NCBI RefSeq assembly: GCF_011745625.1
Contig: NW_027191470.1
Location: forward strand, 124,001-188,000
Direction: 5' to 3'
Length of the DNA: 64,000 bases
From: Cladosporium halotolerans
Lineage: Eukaryota
Shown here one piece after another: positions 60,305-64,000 of this stretch (its first letter is position 1; the number at the start of each line of letters is the position of its first letter). Both the position numbers and the translations under genes were made by a program. A model generated the notes under the pieces. It saw nothing but the letters and a program-made list of their open reading frames with translations. It had not been told where the DNA came from and did not search any database.

Positions 60305-61834
60305 ATGGACCGCAAACCAGAAGTGCATGGGCACGTGCCCTCTGGCAGCGACATCAACACCAAGGGCGATGTCGCCGCCCAGGTTGTCGGCACTGAAGCT
60401 CACGCTTACGACCCGTCCGTCGAGCGACGCATCGTTCGTAAAATCGATCTCTGGGTCATACCTTTCTTGTGGTTTGGCTACGGTCTGGTATACTACGACA
60501 AGGCCATTCTCGGTGGCGCAAGTATCTTCGGCATGATCGACGACCTTGAACTACGCGTCGTGGTGGACGCTTCTGTCGACCCGCCCGTGACCTCAACCCA
60601 GCGACTCTCCTGGGCCAGCTCTATTTTCTACTTCGGCATGCTCGCCGGCGTCATCCCAATGACCTACGCCTTCCAGCGATTCCATCTAAGCAGGATCATC
60701 GGCGCAGCAGTCGTCCTATGGGGACTGTGCTGCATGTCTACGGCGCTCGTCACAGACCACCAAGGCCTCTATGTCCAGCGCTTCTTCCTTGGCTTCCTCG
60801 AATCCATCATGCCGACCGCATTCATGGTCATCGTCTCCTCCTTCTACACGCAGCGCGAGCAGACGTGGCGCCAATGCCTCTGGTATTCCGCGACAGGCGC
60901 CTGGACCATCATCGGCGCAGGCTTCAACTACGCATTCGCCGGCATCAACTCCGGCGCTCTCGAGCGCTGGCAATACCTGTACATCATGGCCGGTTCGCTG
61001 ACGGTCCTATATGGCCTCTGCTTCTTCATCTTCCCCCAAACTCCCTACGCCGCCTTCTTCCTCCGCGGCGACGAGAAGACCATCTCCATGGAACGCCTGC
61101 GCGCCAGCCACATGGGCGTTCGCTGCAACACGATCAAATGGGACCAGATCCGCGAAGCACTCACCGACCCCAAAGTCTACCTCATCAGCCTAATGATGGG
61201 CCTGGCCTACACCGTCAACGGCGCCGTCAGCGCCTTCGGCCCGCTCATCGTCCGCACCTTCGGCTACGACCCCTTCACCGCCCTGCTGTGGCAAATGCCG
61301 CTCGGCGCCGTCTGCCTCGTGACCACCCTCGGAGCCGGCTACGCCTCGCTGCTCTTCAAAAACATCCGCCTGCTCATGCTCATCTTCTGCTCCCTACCCG
61401 TCATCGCCGGCTGCGCGTTGATCTGGCGCTCGCCCTGGTCCGCCGGTGGCGCCGCGCCGCTCGCGGGCTACACGCTCATCGGCTTCTTCGCGCCCGTGAC
61501 CAGCCTGATCGTCAGCCTCGGCATGGCGAACGTCGCGGGCAACTCGAAGAAGAGCTTCATGGCCAGCGCGACGTTCGTCATGTACTGCGTCGGCAACATC
61601 GTGGGGCCCTTCTGGGTGCGGACTGAGCAGGTTGCGGAGCAGTACCCGCGGGTGTGGAAGGGGATTATCGGGAGCTATGCGGTGCTGGTGGCCGTTGCGG
61701 TGTTGTTGGGATGGATGCTGAGGAGGGAGAATAAGCGGCGGGAGGCGATGGTGTTGGATGAGAAGGAGGGGGAGAGGTGTGCGTTTGGCGATTTGACGGA
61801 TCGGGAGAATTTGTGGTTTCGGTATGCTTATTGA
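60305..61834 (+). CDS. MFS anion:cation symporter, allantoate permease (Dal5)-like
   Basis: RKIDLWVIP, YYDKAILG, SWASSIFYFG, RFFLGFLES, FYTQREQ, WQYLY, NVAGNSKK, GNIVGP and FGDLTDRENLWFRY motifs; about 12 hydrophobic segments. Confidence 0.88.
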   Translation: MDRKPEVHGHVPSGSDINTKGDVAAQVVGTEAHAYDPSVERRIVRKIDLWVIPFLWFGYGLVYYDKAILGGASIFGMIDDLELRVVVDASVDPPVTSTQRLSWASSIFYFGMLAGVIPMTYAFQRFHLSRIIGAAVVLWGLCCMSTALVTDHQGLYVQRFFLGFLESIMPTAFMVIVSSFYTQREQTWRQCLWYSATGAWTIIGAGFNYAFAGINSGALERWQYLYIMAGSLTVLYGLCFFIFPQTPYAAFFLRGDEKTISMERLRASHMGVRCNTIKWDQIREALTDPKVYLISLMMGLAYTVNGAVSAFGPLIVRTFGYDPFTALLWQMPLGAVCLVTTLGAGYASLLFKNIRLLMLIFCSLPVIAGCALIWRSPWSAGGAAPLAGYTLIGFFAPVTSLIVSLGMANVAGNSKKSFMASATFVMYCVGNIVGPFWVRTEQVAEQYPRVWKGIIGSYAVLVAVAVLLGWMLRRENKRREAMVLDEKEGERCAFGDLTDRENLWFRYAY

Positions 61835-61989
61835 TGAGGAGGATCTCGATTAACTAATTGATCATATCACTGTGCGGAACATGCTGTCGCTCACTTGAAC
61901 TGTCATCGCGGTTCTAAGCAATATTGCCGACGAAGATTCGTGATTTTATCTCTGGGTATGATAAGACACAACCCAGCTGCAAAGGAGAC

Positions 61990-62400
61990 ATCGGTAAGCG
62001 TACGATGCTGTGGAAAAGTCACGGTGTCGTGTAATGCCATCCCCTTTGTGACGATTGACCCAGGCCAGAGTCGTGCCGTCTGCCGAGAATGCCAATCCTT
62101 CACACAAGCAGTGGAATCGGTCTAGCGTCTTCACACATCTCCAAGCTTCTAAAGTCACAGATCTTGACCTCGCCTTTCGATTGCCGGCGGTCACCACTCT
62201 GGGAGTGCTTGTAGGAACACGGCCCTAGAAGCTTGCCGTCAGGGGAATACTGCATCGCCCAGATCTTGTCGTCTTTGCTGGAGTCCACGGTCTTGAACCA
62301 CGATCCGCTCTCGGTGCGCCACGTGCCGATTCTGTTGTTCATAGCTATTGATGCTAGAAAATCTCCGCAGGGTACGCATTTTGAGGCATGGCTTGAGCCG
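61990..62400 (-). pseudogene. Frameshifted WD40-repeat remnant
   Basis: PCGDFLASIAMNNRIGTWRTESGSWFKTV..IWAMQYSPDGKLL..GEVKICD, then after a frame change near 62152, LEAWRCVKTL..GLAFSADGTTLA. No long ORF upstream. Confidence 0.5.
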
Positions 62401-63746
62401 ATTGACCACCAGCTGTGCGGTTTGTAGTCCTGCCGAGACGCCCCACAATCGGACGGTTTCGTCCTCGCTCCAAAAGCGATCATATACTTCGCCATCACTA
62501 TTGCTACTGGACGGCTCGCTACATTTTACGCATCAACGGGTGAAGCGCACGAATCGTATTGGTATAGAGAATATTTAAAGCTAAAATGTTTCCTCATCCA
62601 ACACGGCTTCCTGTTAATTTGTGGACTCCAACTAATAAAAGCACGGGATTTGGACACCAGAGACATCATCCAATCTTTCCAAACACCAACTGCATGTATG
62701 AGCGTCGTCGGACAAATGCAGCAGGGCAACTCTCTCATTGCTGTTTGAGGGTGCAAATATTTCATAACTAGCTTTTTAGCACTCGAGACGCCATCTCTGC
62801 GATTCGAGGAGCCGGTCTTCCACTTGGACGAAGCGTTGATGGGTGCTTCGAACTTGTGATGACAGCCAATGCTCCACGTCTGGGGCACTGGAAAAGAAAG
62901 TACTCAGGTGTTGGACTCCAATGATTTTCTCTCAAACATTTCTTGTCAATTTTGCATATGTTGAGTGTGCGACTTTGATGATTTCTAAATTCTTTTGTGA
63001 AGAGATGCCTTCTGAGAGAGGTCCGCGCACTCTTCGTCTTCGTGAAACGAAAACTTGACATTTTTTCAGCACTCTGAGCCTTGGATTCACGACTGGTGTG
63101 GCCAAATTACTGTATCTCTGCAGTTGTAAACATGGGAACGGGTTATGCGGTGTACAGTAAGCAACAGCTTGCCGCTGACCAACCGCTCCCGTTTCCCTTT
63201 CCTGCAGCATCGCAACAAGGGTCTTACCACCATGTACGACCCAAAGTACAGTAATGCACCTGCATGCAGCTCAATGCAGGTGAGCCGGATACGGCTTGAT
63301 TGCGGGCGTCTGGGGTGTTGGAAAGAGCTGTGGCCGAAGATGTCCGACCTGGAAGACGCGTCGCTGGCTTCCGATTCGAGCTCTTACAATCGTAAGCACG
63401 GCAGATTCGCTGATGTACCAAAGCCGAACACCGGTGAGCGCTCCGGCATGATAGGCATTACCGGAAATCGCGGGTTTCAAATGGTATGTACGACGTCTTA
63501 CATCGTCACCGACTGGGGGACCCCTGTAAGCCATCCACGTGCATTGGGTCGAGAGCTTTATTCACAAGCATCCCGTCTCCCATGTAGAGGTAGCTTTATG
63601 TTTCTCCCAGCCATTGATAACTAAAGCCTTTCCCAGACCCACTCCTTATGTTGTCTTTTGCTGGAAATTGATCATCCCAAACATCAACCTGAACTACAAT
63701 TCTATCATCCTCCACCGTCGGAATGCCGATCACTTACACATGTACA

Positions 63747-63994
63747 ATGGCCGAACAGGCCTCAACGCACGCAAACGACAATCCTGCGCCCGCGGGAGCC
63801 AAAAATCGACCTGATGAATGGAAGATCGAGCAAGGCCTCGCTGGCGCGAAGTTAGCATACCTCGACCAGACGGGCGACGTCACCACGGAGAATCCTCCGG
63901 CGCCATGGCCTGAGATGACCAAGGACGAGGCAGCCATCAAATCAGTCGGAAATCGGGATGAGCTCTTTCAGCGTGAGAGGAAGGGTTGGAAAGG
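63747..63994 (+). CDS. First exon of a gene running off the window; probable nitrate-reductase-like molybdopterin oxidoreductase
   Basis: ATG 63747 in a good context (ACAATGG); the exon ends at donor GTGAGT at 63995. RPDEWKIEQGL..LDQ..RERKGWKG resembles, from memory, N-termini of fungal nitrate-reductase-like proteins. No catalytic domain lies inside the window. Confidence 0.55.
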
Positions 63995-64000
63995 GTGAGT

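Overview
Gene-dense, intron-containing filamentous ascomycete DNA; a Dothideomycete is my inference from gene content, short GT-AG introns with CTRAC branch sites and high GC3. I reconstructed 26 protein-coding genes by hand, with spliced models where needed, plus one probable pseudogene. Left to right: inositol-type sugar porter (partial), Gfo/Idh/MocA dehydrogenase, mannitol 2-dehydrogenase, a head-to-head pair of a HeLo-like/pseudokinase gene and a Ser/Thr kinase-C2 gene, IRC3, tannase/feruloyl esterase, rhodanese, VPS52, eIF5A, RRN7, medA, an acetoin-reductase-like SDR, ASK1, a multi-KH RNA-binding protein, a proline-rich unknown, SDT1-like nucleotidase, ubiquitin-L40, a second SDR, TOS4, PPT1, a small unknown, a PH-like protein, CIC1, a DAL5-type permease, a frameshifted WD40 relic and the first exon of a probable nitrate-reductase-like gene. 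The best candidate for an undescribed system is the divergent pair at 6713-10874. It combines an MLKL-like protein (N-terminal helical HeLo-like domain plus a pseudokinase with HRD->HKN and DFG->GF) with an intact kinase carrying a C2-like domain, which suggests a fungal RIPK3/MLKL-like cell-death or allorecognition module. Other notable signals: a start codon split by an intron in ubiquitin-L40; an AUG-depleted medA leader with a UTR intron and one uORF; a GC-AG intron in medA; an identical telomere-like 18-mer at two sites; and recurrent ~1 kb C-rich-to-G-rich skew-switch domains. I found no tRNA, rRNA, CRISPR array or intact transposon. All family calls are motif recognition by eye; no database searches were run.
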